From Chrysomallon squamiferum (lineage: Eukaryota; Animalia; Mollusca): 64,000 nucleotides of DNA. Positions 14,964 to 28,894 of this stretch are shown piece after piece. Both the position numbers and the translations under genes were made by a program. Where the stretch lies: assembly GCA_012295275.1 (NCBI GenBank), contig CM022678.1, forward strand, positions 7,130,001 through 7,194,000. The letters are read 5' to 3'. The notes beneath the pieces are model-generated. The model was not told where the DNA came from, made no database searches, and saw only the letters and a program-made list of their open reading frames with translations. Within the stretch, counting starts at the first letter, position 1. The number at the start of each line of letters is the position of its first letter.

Positions 14964-14971
14964 TGACGTCA
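14964..14971. promoter_or_regulatory. Full CRE palindrome TGACGTCA in a CpG-containing putative divergent promoter
   Basis: Exact match to the CREB/ATF consensus, between the ATGs at 14507 (-) and 16099 (+), in a locally CpG-enriched stretch. Function is inferred. Confidence 0.45.
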
Positions 14972-15020
14972 TAAGCTAGTCCAAAAAATGTAGTGTTTGT
15001 GCCCACAACTCGTTGCTCGT

Positions 15021-15055
<35 letters not shown>

Positions 15056-15133
15056 GACACAAGTTGTGGTTCAATTAAAAATGTTTTAAATAGAATTTTA
15101 TCTTTGTTTGGTTCAAGCTGTGGAAAGAGAATT

Positions 15134-15178
<45 letters not shown>

Positions 15179-15585
15179 GGTTGTGTATGAGTAACTGTTT
15201 CGAATATAGTGGCAGTCGTATCGGATAATATTAATTATGTAAACCTATATACAAATCTAATGCTAATCTACTTTTATAATGACGAAACCGATACGCATCT
15301 GGAGCGGTTTGCAATACAAATAAATGTAAAATGGCAAAATTGACAGCTGATTAAATTATTACTCCGAAGGTCTTGGAGTGTCATATGTACTTTAGAATTA
15401 TATTTCAAAGTGATCATAAAATAACGATAACAGTTATGATGATAAATATGATGATAAAAAGGACGATGTTGATGATGATTATGATGATAAAACCAACTCG
15501 TAAAAGACGAAAAAAACCCAGCAAATTTGAATGATGTTCCCTGCATATGGCTTTTAATTTTATGATTTATTATTTTTTTCCTCGA

Positions 15586-15617
<32 letters not shown>

Positions 15618-16098
15618 TGCATACATATATATATACACACACACAGGCATACATACATACATACATACATACATTTTATAATTATTATAATTTTAAAAAC
15701 AGATTGGCTCTATCACGCGACTGGAAAAATAACAAATAAATAATAATAAAAGAAAAGAAGAAATAATAGTGATTATAAAATAAAACATGAAAAGTAATTA
15801 TAAAACAAACAAAAAAAAGTAATTATAAAATAAAATAAAACAAAACAAAATAAACAGTTTTCTGTATAACACTAGTCAACAAATTTTGAAATTTAATAAA
15901 TTACTGGCCAGTTTATTATATAATATTACTACGAAGCGCGTGATATTTTGAATATGTAAATTTCATAGAGAAATTTTTTATTTTTTTTTTTTTTTTTTTT
16001 TTATATAAAATTGACCAATAAGAGATCAGTACAATTTTAGAATTTTTAATCCGACACGTATTCCGTATTTTATCGAAACGATTTCTTTAGGAGACAAC

Positions 16099-16132
16099 AT
16101 GTTAGGTACGTTTTCAACTGAGAACAAAATAT

Positions 16133-16200
<68 letters not shown>

Positions 16201-16392
16201 ATCTCTCTGTCTGTCTGTCTGTGTCTGTCTGTGTGTCTGATTCGCTGTCTTTCTATCAGTACATCTGCATGTATGTCCATTTTTTTAGTTTTTAAAAACA
16301 ATGTTTTATACATTCATTCATTCATTCATTCATTATTTATATATTTATTTATTTATTTATTTATAGTGTAAATACGTCCTTGTGTCCATACG

Positions 16393-16428
<36 letters not shown>

Positions 16429-16607
16429 TAGCTGCTGTTGTATTCTTTGTTTGTCTAACCACGGGTGTGGTTGTGTCTGAAGAGGACCAGTTTGATAAGC
16501 ATGACAACATTGTCAAGCTAACTGACAAAACTTTCAATGAAACCGTTTTTGAAGATTACCAAGTCTTATGGTTTATTCTGTTTTATGACCATTCTAAGTA
16601 AGTAGTT

Positions 16608-16640
<33 letters not shown>

Positions 16641-16770
16641 GAAGTAGTAGCAGTAGCAGTAGCAGTAACAGTAGTAGTAGTAGAAGTAGTAGCAGTAGCA
16701 GTAGTAGTATCGTTATTATTATTATTATTATTTCTAGTGCTACTGTTACTACTACTACTATTACTATTGC

Positions 16771-16801
<31 letters not shown>

Positions 16802-19800
16802 TGTTGTTGTTAATGTTATTGTTATTATTATTATTATTATTGTTAATATTATTATTATTTTATTAACTAACGGATTAAGACAAATTTGTTCTGAATATAA
16901 TCGTATTCATATTTGGGAAGTGTAAAACATATTGTATGGGAAACATTGTATGGAAAATATTGTATGGAAAATATTGCATGTGAAACTATGGACGGGAAAT
17001 GTTGCATGGGTAACATTTGTAATTATTATTGTAATCAATACATATTTGTAAATTTATTCTAATTAATATAATCATATATATATATAAAATAATGATTATA
17101 AATAAATATTGATTATTATAACTATAAATATAATTATATTTATTAGAATAAATATTACAAATATATATATATATATATATATATAATTTTTATTTTTTAT
17201 TGCATATATATATATATATATATATGTAATCTTTATTCTGCTTCAAAACATCGGTAAGGTACCAATACATGCAACATAAATTCAACACCCGCATTCCAAC
17301 TGAAACATTTACGATCACGCGATACATTCTACGTTACGAAACTTAAATTCAGCATCTAAATTCCATTTCAAGGGTTTTTGCAAGAACACTGTGTTGGTCC
17401 TGAAACATATTTACAAGTACATGTGCGGTGTGTGCGGCATACATGTAACTTTGCAGTCACGAGATGAAATTCCATATTCAGTATTCTAAATGAACATATG
17501 TTTTTGATCGACTCGTGTCATATGTTATCATAAATTCATAATCTACATTCCTAGTTTGATATGTTTATGGCATATGACAGTGAAAGAAAGACATTGATAA
17601 TATATACATACATAGATACACACATACATACATACATACATAAATACAGACATTCAGACAGACATACAAACATACATACATACATACATATATATATATA
17701 GATAGATAGATAGATAGATATGTAATTCTAATTAATACATTTATATATATATATATATAAGGATAAATTCTTTTCAAACTTGATGAACTAAGATTCTAAT
17801 TAAATACATTTACACGACATAGTCATATTCGGACAAAAATGCTTAAATTGAACATGTTTGAACAGAATGCAAGTTCTAACTTAACACTTTATCTTCATAA
17901 CGTAAATAAAGCATATTTGTAAATGCTCAGTATTATAAATAAATCCATAATCTATAATCAAACCATTGACTAAGAGTGGACGTATAAATTCTAAATATAG
18001 CAACAGAAATTCGTAATTCCTTATCTTAGTTCATCAAGTTTGAACAAAATTTAAATAAAAAATAGATTACTATTAGTATATATGCAAATTACTCATACCA
18101 CCAATGAATATTTTCAAAAAAGTTTTAAAAACCATTGATGCGATAACTAAAGAGCGTGTCTAATGAGAATAAAAAACGAAACCATATCAATGCTTAGTTT
18201 TTTAATTGAATGCACAGAAGATAAATGTCATTTACCTCAGACACTTTCACTTAAGGGGCACAGAAAAAATAGAAGATGAAACGTACTTTTTAAAATTGTA
18301 GTTTTTTTTACCCCAAAATGACGTGTTTCTTAGACTTTGGGCCGGTTTTGATGAAATACGTCTCATTTGAAAGTTAATTTTTAACTCTTTCCTTGATAAG
18401 TGCAAACTAAATTGATGTCAGCTTTTGACCTTTTGTTTGACTTTGAATTCGATCTTGTAATTCAACTGACCTTGAAATGACGTCAAGTCAGAATTAAACT
18501 CCAAGATTTTACCAACAACATACATAAAAAAATTCCCAGGCGTAAAATGTTTTTTTTTTAGTTGTAAACTACACTTAAAGTGGACACACCTGACTATAAA
18601 ATGTCCATTTTGGCATTTCTAAGGCAGAATCGAAGATGGTAGTGTGGACATTTTCCTTTTTGGGACTACCCTAAAGTCTTTTTATAATTATACACAGAAA
18701 ATAGCATTCGGCCATTAATAAAACATTTTCAGGGCAATGTTTGGAATAGGAAATACACAGGCATACAGAATGGAACAGAACATTCAGAAACTAACTGTCG
18801 TAATAACTCATATTTGATTTAGTTAAAAATATCAACCACAATTGTGACTGAATTTGTTAAGATAATGTTAATTAGGATATGTTAAGTTAAAAGAGAGCAA
18901 AAACTCAGGAAAAGACAAGCAGATGTTCACATGTACACACTACCAGACCCCATCTCTGTCTTCTCTCTGACCCTTAATTCCTGAGCATTATCACATCTCT
19001 CTATCTCTCTGTGTATTTTAAAATGATCAATAACAGCTGTCATAAAACTATTAAATTCCGCCCTGAAAGGCTTTATCAACCTAAGTACCAATTTATTATT
19101 ATTATTATTATTATTATAACTAAAGGTAATGATATTATGTGTCAAAGTAACGATATTCATAATGCTAGACTGTTTTGTTTCACTGGAGTGACTGATAAAT
19201 ACACATATCAAAAACAAAATAAAATAAATGCTATAAAATAGGATATACCACAAACGAAATACTTATATGTACAAAAAATATTTTTAAAAAATACAAAATT
19301 TGGGTAAGTTGAATCAGTAAGTTAATATGAGCAAAATACAACGAATTAACATATTTTTCTAACTTTTTATCTCTTTTTTTTTTTAAAGCATGCTAACGAA
19401 AGTAATCGATGAGTGGACAAAACTGTCGCTATACGTGAAAGTTTGTATTTGATTTTGAATAATGAAACACAAACACACACACAACCATATACACAAGCAA
19501 ACACTCACAACCATATACACAAGCAAACACTCATAACCATATAACAAAGCAAACATAGAACCATATAATATAAATACATCACCATATTTAACCATATACA
19601 CAAGCAAACACACACAACCATATACAGAAGCACACACACAACCATATACACAAGCAAACACACACAACCATATACAGAAGCTAACACACACAACCATATA
19701 CACAAGCAAACACACACAACCATATACGCAAGCAAACACACACACAACCATACACGCAAGCAAACACACACAACCATATACACACGCAAACACACGTAAA

Positions 19801-20042
19801 CATACGCATAAACTGAAGCATACAAAAATACATACATCAATATTTAACTACAAACATACACACACACACACACACACACACATATTTACAAACATGCATA
19901 AACATGCATACAAACATACATACATACATACATACAGGCATATCTACCTACATACCAACCAACCAACATACATAATATATACATATGCAAACACCTACGT
20001 ACGGACATATTTATATTGATATATATACACATACACATACAT

Positions 20043-20087
<45 letters not shown>

Positions 20088-20341
20088 CACTCTTTAAGGG
20101 ATTTATGAAAATTGGTGTTGTAAGTAACGAAGACAGCGTCCTGATTCGCAGATACCACGTCCACACGTTTCCAACGGTTATGATATTTTCAAAAACGTTC
20201 AGAGAAAAACCCAAAACTTACAAAAGTTGGTATTATTATAAGTATCCCTTATTATCATCGTCGTCATCACTTTCGTCATTGTCATAGTTACCATCATCAT
20301 TAGCGTCATAATCATTATCATATTATCATAGGTCATTCAAC

Positions 20342-20426
<85 letters not shown>

Positions 20427-20508
20427 ATATATTTTTCTCTGTGTGCTAGTATGACTATATATTATTCAGTATTGTTTATGTTAATGTATGCAGCTGTACA
20501 TGTACTTT

Positions 20509-20589
<81 letters not shown>

Positions 20590-21228
20590 CCTACGCCCAA
20601 CAAATTAAACTTTAAGTTTCGGAGGTGTGCATGTAAAATTTGTTTTGAATATTAAATGTTTTTTATTTTTTTTATTTCTAGGTTATTTACTGGCTAGCTA
20701 TCTACTGCAAGGTGTAACTGGTGAAGCTAAATCTATCGGGTTACTTAGACTGAATGCGAATGAAGGAAGATCAAATAAGGTTAGTGGGTAATATAGCAGC
20801 AACAGTAACAGCAACAACAACAACAACAATGATGATGATGATGATGATGATAATAATAATAATAATAGCAACAACAAAAATAATAAAAATAACAAAAATA
20901 TTGATGATGATGATGATGTTGATGATGATGATAATGAATTTTGATGCACAGTGAATGTATTCGTAGTATATATGATATTCAGTAATACGTGTTTGAATTT
21001 ATTGCAGCTTTCAGCACATAATGTAAAAATAGCTGTTTTATTTCCTTTTTTTTCTTTCCTTATTTATTTATGTTTCTCTTTATCTAGTTTATTAACTTTT
21101 CATTTAATTAATTTTTAAACCTACTCTATTATTTATTTATTTACTTATTTATTTATTTACTTATTTATTTATTTATTTATTAATATATTTTATTTATTCT
21201 ATTTCAGTATCTTCGTGAAGGTTTATGA
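16099..21228 (+). CDS. PDIA6-derived single thioredoxin-like domain protein lacking CXXC, 156 aa, putative signal peptide
   Basis: Exons 16099-16105 (ATG TTA G|gt), 16432-16597, 19389-19440, 20099-20225, 20682-20779, 21208-21228 give MLAAVVFFVCLTTGVVVSEEDQFDKHDNIVKLTDKTFNETVFEDYQVLWFILFYDHSNMLTKVIDEWTKLSLYVKGFMKIGVVSNEDSVLIRRYHVHTFPTVMIFSKTFREKPKTYKSYLLASYLLQGVTGEAKSIGLLRLNANEGRSNKYLREGL*. It aligns by eye to the first domain of the neighbouring PDIA6, with intron phases 1,2,0,1,0 identical. The last exon is the least certain. Confidence 0.8.
17765..18052. mobile_element. MITE with about 30-bp terminal inverted repeats
   Basis: TTCAAACTTGATGAACTAAGAT (17773-17794) is the exact reverse complement of 18023-18044 and extends imperfectly outward. 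There is no internal ORF. Confidence 0.7.
18250..18675. mobile_element. Possible non-autonomous DNA-transposon fragment
   Basis: Higher-complexity, CpG-containing island with repeated TTGACCTT-like motifs and loosely inverted ends (TAAGGGGCACAGAAAAA ... TTTTTGGGACTACCCTA). Family not assigned. Confidence 0.3.
19017..19345 (+). repeat. Dispersed repeat copy A (about 330 bp), homologous to 45952-46305
   Basis: Shared blocks in the same order and orientation: AAAATGATxAATAACAGCTGTCATAAAACTATTAAATTCC, CAACCTAAG, (ATT)n, AAGGTAATGAT, GACTGATAAATACACAT, TTTGGGTAA, TATGAGCAAA. Confidence 0.85.
19470..19795. repeat. About 24-28 bp minisatellite (CACACAACCATATACACAAGCAAA), about 12 copies
   Basis: Directly visible tandem units; they explain ORFs 19383-19793 and 19505-19840. 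Confidence 0.9.
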
Positions 21229-21902
21229 TGAAGACATTCATCTCCTTTCACTAACAACATTTTAGTCTACAGGATTGGAATAACATATATACATAGCTTT
21301 AATATTTTGATATATATACAATTTATTCGTTCTTTCTTCATCTTTCCTTTCTTTATTCTTCCCTTTTCTTTCATTCTTCTTTTCCCTTTTCCTTTATTTT
21401 TCTTTTTCTTTCTTCTATTTTTTTTTTTTTTTTCTATCCAGGTTTCGCCTGTTCCAGACTTCAAGAACCTATACTCTTCTTTCTCTCTCTCTCTCTTTTT
21501 TTTTTTTTTGAGATAATTTAATATTTTATGTATCGCGATTTTGGGTATCGCGTATTGCTTGCCCTTTTCATTCGTTTATGGTAACCCTTATTGTTGTTTA
21601 ATGCATATATATATATATATTTGTTTGTTTGTTTGTTTGTTGTTGTTTTTATTACAAAACTTGAAAAGCCAGTGTATTCAAAATACGTAAGTATAACAAT
21701 GTCCATTTATATTATTTGATTTCCAGTAAAAAGTACTGATCGTTATCGTTCACTTTGATTCCTCGAACTTTTTTTATTTAAAATTATATATCATGGCTGT
21801 GACCCCGTTCAAAAGTTCGGGGAAACGAGAACATTAAGCAAATAATAAGTAAATAAATAAATAAAAGATTATATATTATATATCCATTATTATTATTATT
21901 AA

Positions 21903-21952
<50 letters not shown>

Positions 21953-22108
21953 TTTAAAATCAAAACACAATTTTAAAAAGAAGGAAGAAATTTTGAAGTA
22001 AGCTCATAAATTTCAAAACATGATAAAACCGTCAGTGTTACAGAATTATTTTAAATTTTAAACGTAAAATGAAAATTATACGAAGCAGTGTATAATTAAG
22101 TCTCTTTC

Positions 22109-22337
22109 GATGGCCGTAACTACATTGAGGCAAATGAGGCAATTGCCTCATACCCGAAATTGAATATGTTTATTATTATTATTATTTTTTTATATATATA
22201 CAAATATTTTATTTAAACAGTTTAAAGTATAAATGGCTAGAATCGAGGAGCTTTAGGGGGCTTATTGTTTTTGACATGCTCCGCTCGTCGATTAAGCGTT
22301 TTTGTCTCATTTTAAAACGAGTCTAGTGACGGCCATG
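22109..22337. mobile_element. Short TIR element (hAT-like MITE)
   Basis: Left end GATGGCCGTAACTAC versus reverse complement of the right end CATGGCCGTCACTAG (12/15). No clean 8-bp target-site duplication is visible. Confidence 0.5.
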
Positions 22338-22542
22338 TTTTCATCCAGCTTTATTTCAGCAGTATCTGTAAACCACATCATCAGCTACCGATCCTCTTTC
22401 GGTATAGAGAAACGATAATCCAGACGTGTATAACTGCCCACTGAGTAGACAGTTAAAAAAAAAAAAACGGGAGGTTGTTCGACTAAAATAATGTCCAGAA
22501 AATTTGTACTAGGCCTTCCGATAATAATAATAATAATAATAA

Positions 22543-22573
<31 letters not shown>

Positions 22574-22995
22574 AAAAAATTCGACTTTTATCGCACAAAT
22601 GAACTAGTCAAAATAAAAATTGTTGCAAAGGCGCCATTTGTGAAAAAATGGTCAGAGGTGTCGCTGCCTTGCTCACCCACTATCTAATAAAATAGATAAT
22701 AAATAGAACATTTTTTTTTTTTTTTTTTTATAATTAATTTTGATATTTTAATGGTATTATTAATGAAAGGCGCGTGGTTGATGATGTTTGAGAATTAGTA
22801 TTAATTGTAAACTTCGATAGTTCAGTCACCATGTTTATCTCTGTTTTATTTGTTTTCTTCCATTTGTGAATAAGAATCAGCATGCCAAAAAAAAAAAAAA
22901 AAAATAAAATAAAATAAGAATCAAAGAAAGAAAAAAAAAAAACCAAATATTAATGCAAACTTCGAAATGCAGATAAGAATGGTGTTGCTTTTCCA

Positions 22996-23032
<37 letters not shown>

Positions 23033-23427
23033 TATGGTGTTAATATTAATCCAAAATGAACTGTGGTTATTGCTACTGAACTTTCGGGAACACATCTTTT
23101 TAGAACAATGCTAAAACATGATCACTAAACGTGAATCGACAAACTAAAATTTCGCATCTACCCATTATGAATATCGATCATTTTTGGCGATTTCTCGCTT
23201 AGAGCAAACAATCTAAATCTAATAGGGACAGACATCACTGAACCCATTTTCTAAATATTTACCATCATTAATTGTGAGGTGATAGGTTTTTTTTTTCTTT
23301 TTTACTAGTGCTGCTACTACTACTCATGTTTGTACTACTACTGCTACACTACCGCCATTACTACAACTACTGACATTATTACTATTTCATAACCTTCTTC
23401 TTCTTCTACTACTACTACTAATAATAA

Positions 23428-23478
<51 letters not shown>

Positions 23479-23516
23479 GTCTTCTAGTGCTTGTTCGTGT
23501 AGTTTTTAATAGTTTC

Positions 23517-23548
<32 letters not shown>

Positions 23549-23903
23549 GTTTGTCTAATTAGTATAATAAAAATGATTTTTTTCCTTTCATTTTTGTGTT
23601 TTCATTTTTAAATTATTGAAGGAACTCATAACTGACAAACAACAGTTGGATGATTAAATAACTTCATTTACATTGAAATTAAATGATTTTTTGATTACTT
23701 GTGATGATTATAAATATAACAGAACATTACGCAATTGTCTTATAGAAAAGGTACATTTCTTTTTGTCCCATCGTATATAATTTGAATATTTAATATGTCT
23801 TTATTATATATTAAATACAATTTCATTATTTATATTTTTATTGTTTATTTTACGTTTTAAGTAAAGAAATAGCCTGTATTCAGAAATCCGGATACTGTAC
23901 AGA

Positions 23904-23951
<48 letters not shown>

Positions 23952-24135
23952 GTTTATTTCATGAAACTTTCAATTATCAAAATAAGTTGATCATTTTTTA
24001 ATATGCTTAACACTAACTACACCATTAAAATTATTTGTATAAAAACCGAAAACTAAGTCGCTTATACTTATAGTATTCACGGAAACGAATAAAAAGGTTC
24101 TTTCTCAAAGAGAGGAAAGTAACAACGAAAACAAA

Positions 24136-24603
24136 ATGGCTGCGAATGAAACGCAAATAAATGCAGACGATGTTACAAAGAAAACACCATCTGAAAATGA
24201 GATTAATGAAGATAAAACTTCTCAGGTGTCGGACAGTCATTCAAATACAAACTCTGAAAACAGAGATGTTGAAGAGAGCACAATTCCGAATGTAACAAAT
24301 GAATCCAGTTCTAAACAAGACAACATGTTCGGAAATCAAGCTGTTTTAAGATCGCGGTATCGAAACGCTAGAGAATACGCTCAAGTTTTGCAACCTTGGT
24401 TGTGGCAATATTATAACTACAACATGATGAATGCTTTTTTCTCAACAATGCCTCTTTATGCCATGAGTTGTAATCCTCAAATGAGTATGCCATGGACTCA
24501 GGCGCCAGGGTTGCCCCCTGCGGATGGGCGTGGCAATTCACTAATACGAACAGAAGGAACGGTACAGAGCAGCGATTTTAATGCTCGTGGACAAACAGGT
24601 ACA

Positions 24604-24675
<72 letters not shown>

Positions 24676-25294
24676 AGTACATATAAAGCTGCATACATTA
24701 ATGATTAACATAAACAATACTGAATAGTATATTATATACTATATAATATAGTCATACTTGCACACAGAGAAAAACATATACTCTCTCTCTCTCTACATAC
24801 ACACATATAATGATATATGACACACAATTATATGTTTAATTATCTCTCACTTTATCTTTCTCTCTATATGTATAAATGTACACACACACACACACACACA
24901 CACATACATAAATACACATACAACACATAAACATACAATTTTGTTTCATAACATTATACTTTCATTTTCAGGGAGAGAGTACAGATTGCCATCGTTTTGG
25001 AAGAGAGTTGCAGCAGAGTTGATTGATTTCACCCTCTTGTTCTATGTCAAGCTGATTGTCACTATTGTGGTCATGAGAGAAATGGGATACTTGTGAGTCT
25101 TATTATACACACATACATACAGTATGATACACACAAGCCTATCTATCTATCTAGCTATATATATATATATATATTCTTAAGAAACAGAACAAGCAAACTG
25201 CATTCTACATATACATATTTACAAGGTTTTTTTTTCCCACAAAGTAATTAAATGTCCAGTGGCAAAATTCTTTTCTGTTTTATGTATGTGTATA

Positions 25295-25327
<33 letters not shown>

Positions 25328-25418
25328 ATGTATGTATGTATGTATGTATGTATGTATGTATGTATGTATGTATGGATGGATGGATGGATGGATGGATATA
25401 TATAGGCAGATAGAAATA

Positions 25419-25482
<64 letters not shown>

Positions 25483-28016
25483 CACATACATACATAAACT
25501 TAATTTCAAAAATGAATGATTATTCCTTAATTGTTTATCTATTTATTTATCTGTTTATATATTTTGAAGGGTAATTATTTACGGTCTTAATCTTATAGAT
25601 GTAAAACTAATTTGATAATTTATTTAAAAAAAAAAAAAAAAAAATGTTTTTTTTTTGTTTCAGCAATGGCACGCAGGTGACTGAACTCTTCACTGACTTA
25701 AATGAGATTGACTATGACAAAGCTTTTGCCATTTCATCAGAGGTTATTGCTATGGAGATTGTAAACAGGTTGCTAATCACGATTTTTGAGGTATGCAGAT
25801 TTTCTTATTTATTTTAATGTTGTTTGCTGATCTTACTGCAGACATCATACTTATACGTTTTTTGGCAGTAACAGAAGAAAAAAAAAATGCTGTGCTTTTT
25901 TGTTGCTTTAGTTTCAGTATTTCTTATCTTTTTTCATGCTGTCAAAATTACTTTGACTGACGCATGAAAAGCATCTTACCAATCATTATTGCCGTTGAGA
26001 GATTTTTTAAATTGTGGATTTGGTTCTTAAGATTTCTTAAAAAGTCATTAAAATTCTAATGAGAAACTTGTAGATTTATTTTGATCTAGAAAATGGAATA
26101 AGAGATAAATCCTTTTATTTTCCTTTGTTTGTTTAAAATATAGTTATATCAGGTGTCAGCAAACCATAGATCTTGTCACTGTATCCTTTGGTCTCTTGTC
26201 AACACCCAAGCACGTAATTAAAATAAATAAATAAATAAATGTTATCAGTAATAAATTTCTCTATGTAAAGGTGAATAAACACTGAATATTTCAAAGCATA
26301 TTTAAAGAAACAAAAGATTATATTAATCACAAGTTTCTTATACTGATACAACCACTACTGTAACTGACCTCTTTTTGATCTCTAGACATTTGTCCATCTT
26401 CTGGATATACCCACTGACCACATGGTTCAGTATCATCTACTTTGCTGAAACCCTGGTGTAGACTATTGTTTTGAGACAGTGAATAAAAGAGTTGCATTGT
26501 GATAATAATTAATTCAGTCTTTTGTTTAAAATATGACTAGTGGTATAAAACAAATAAGTAATGCAAATCTGAAATTCATTTAAAATATGATTGTTTGAGA
26601 AGAGATTTTAGGTTAGCTAGTTATAAAATAATAATAATTATTATTATTATTATTTATTTTCCTTTAAAATTAGAGCTAATTCTTTGAGGACACTATTAAT
26701 ATTACTGATAATAGTGATAAACATTTCTGACTTTCATGCTGCATAATTATTATTATGATTACTTTTTATGTAAGTATTCATTTGTTTGTTTACAGACACT
26801 GTGTTTGAGAAAAGGGATAGGAACAGTAGGTGGCGCTACACCTGGCAAGAGACTTCTGGGATTGAAAGTTGTATCGTGTTATGAAATTTTTGAAGTTGCT
26901 GGTGGAAAAGTGTTTGTTGTCCCTGCTCAGAATATAGGATGGATGAAGTAAATAAATTTATTTATTTATCTGTATATCTGTATATCTGTGTATCTATATA
27001 TCTATCTATCTATCATTTTCTTTGAGTACTAAGTATTTCATCATTCTGTTTAAATATTTTCAGAAGAAAAAAAAATGCAACTTTTAATTGATTCCTTACA
27101 AATGCTAAACACATTCAAGAGACAGTTGCTATATGATGATGGCTTCAGTTAAAAAATGTTTATTAATACTTATTAAGTTTTCAGCTTTGTAATAAAAATA
27201 ATTAAAAATAATAACAATAGTTCTGTGATTTCTAATCTCTATGGTAGTGTTCGCTTGTGACACTTTGAGAACTCATAGCTGTAGTAAAAGCTATATATTT
27301 TTTAATACATTAGTGTTTATAATTATACTGCATAATTCATCATACTTTTATCGTGGTATAATATTTCACTTAGGGTCTCAAACATAAAAATTAACAACTA
27401 CTGCAGTGTATATTTATCATGAATTATGTATAAGCAGACAGTGTTGACATTTTTAATTTGGTGTTTTTCTATTGCTTTTTTCTCTATTATAGCATTATTT
27501 GATATTTTTTCTTATATCAAGGCTTTTAATTATTCAAAGAAAAACAAAATAATAATAATTTATGTAAATTTTTAAATTCAGATAGTAATTTTTAATGTTT
27601 GTTTATTTAAAAAAATAAATGAATAAAACAATTTAGTGTGTTGTGTTAAATCAGTTAATTGTGAATAATTTTTAATTTTTGTTGTAATATAATTTTATGT
27701 TGTTAAAATTTCTATATCCAGTATTTAATTTTTTGTTGTAATATTAGAATTTTGTTATTATTTAACATAAATATTTTTTGTCTCTGATACTCAAATCTTG
27801 TTTAATTTTGTACAAATATTTAAAATTATTATTATTAGTACAATATATTTTTTTTTTTTTTCTTTCAGTGCTCTTCTGCGATCAGTCATCAAAAACTTCA
27901 CAATTGCGTTTTTCTTTCCTGCCTGCCTGACGATATTTTTCTTCAAACACAACCAGGCTATGTACGATGTGCTCAGTAAAACCATTGTTGTTCAGACTCT
28001 TGAAGGGGAATTGTAA
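24136..28016 (+). CDS. FAM8A1: FAM8A1, RDD-domain membrane protein (HRD1/ERAD cofactor), 336 aa
   Basis: Exons 24136-24598, 24972-25092, 25664-25790, 26796-26947, 27869-28016 splice in frame. Characteristic segments: AREYAQVLQPWLWQYY, GREYRLPSFWKRVAAELIDF, GGATPGKRLLGLKVVSC, ALLRSVIKNFTIAFFFPA, QAMYDVLSKTIVV. Confidence 0.93.
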
Positions 28017-28106
28017 ATTAAACTTTTCTTTAAAAACAAAAAAAAACTATAGTATTTAAATATTCTACCTATCATGTGAAGATGGATCGTTGTCTGTTTT
28101 TTTTTC

Positions 28107-28137
<31 letters not shown>

Positions 28138-28703
28138 GTTAGAATCCGAATCTTTTATAAAATCAAGGAGGGTTGGCATATTTTTTTTTTTTTTTTTTTA
28201 AATTGTTTTAAAAAGTGTTTGCAGAATGAGGTGCTTCATTGTTGATATGTTATTTATGTCATGAGATGAACACAGGCATAGTTGTGCCTCTTAACAGATA
28301 GTAAGAATGAAGAGTGAAATATTTATTTTATGTCTCAAAGTGTTTTTGTTGGTAAATCACCGAATTAGTTCAGAGATATTTTTAATTTATTTTTTTATTT
28401 TTTCTTTAAACAATTCCAACATTCTTGCAGTCTTTCACAAAATATTTAATCTTGGACGTCTTGTTGAATATACCAGACATATTACTTACACAATTTTTAA
28501 TTGGTTAAATGTCTTGTCTTTGGTTAGGTGATTAGTACTGCTAAAATAACTGGACTTACAGTTGGATCAGATTTTGAGATCAGAATACATGTATAGTAAA
28601 TTCTGATATATTTTTATTTAAAGTCATTGTTGTTTTTAAAGTGTTACCTGAGTGAAATGTGACGTTTGTTTTGTTGTTGTTTATTCTTATTTATTTTTCT
28701 TTA

Positions 28704-28739
<36 letters not shown>

Positions 28740-28862
28740 TTGGCTTGTTTTATGTTGTATTGGATTAAACTTTTATATCAGAAAACAAAAACAAAATAAA
28801 ATAGTTTAAAATGTTCTCTTTAAAAGTAATTACAATTATAAAGCATTATCCAAATGTTTCTT

Positions 28863-28894
<32 letters not shown>

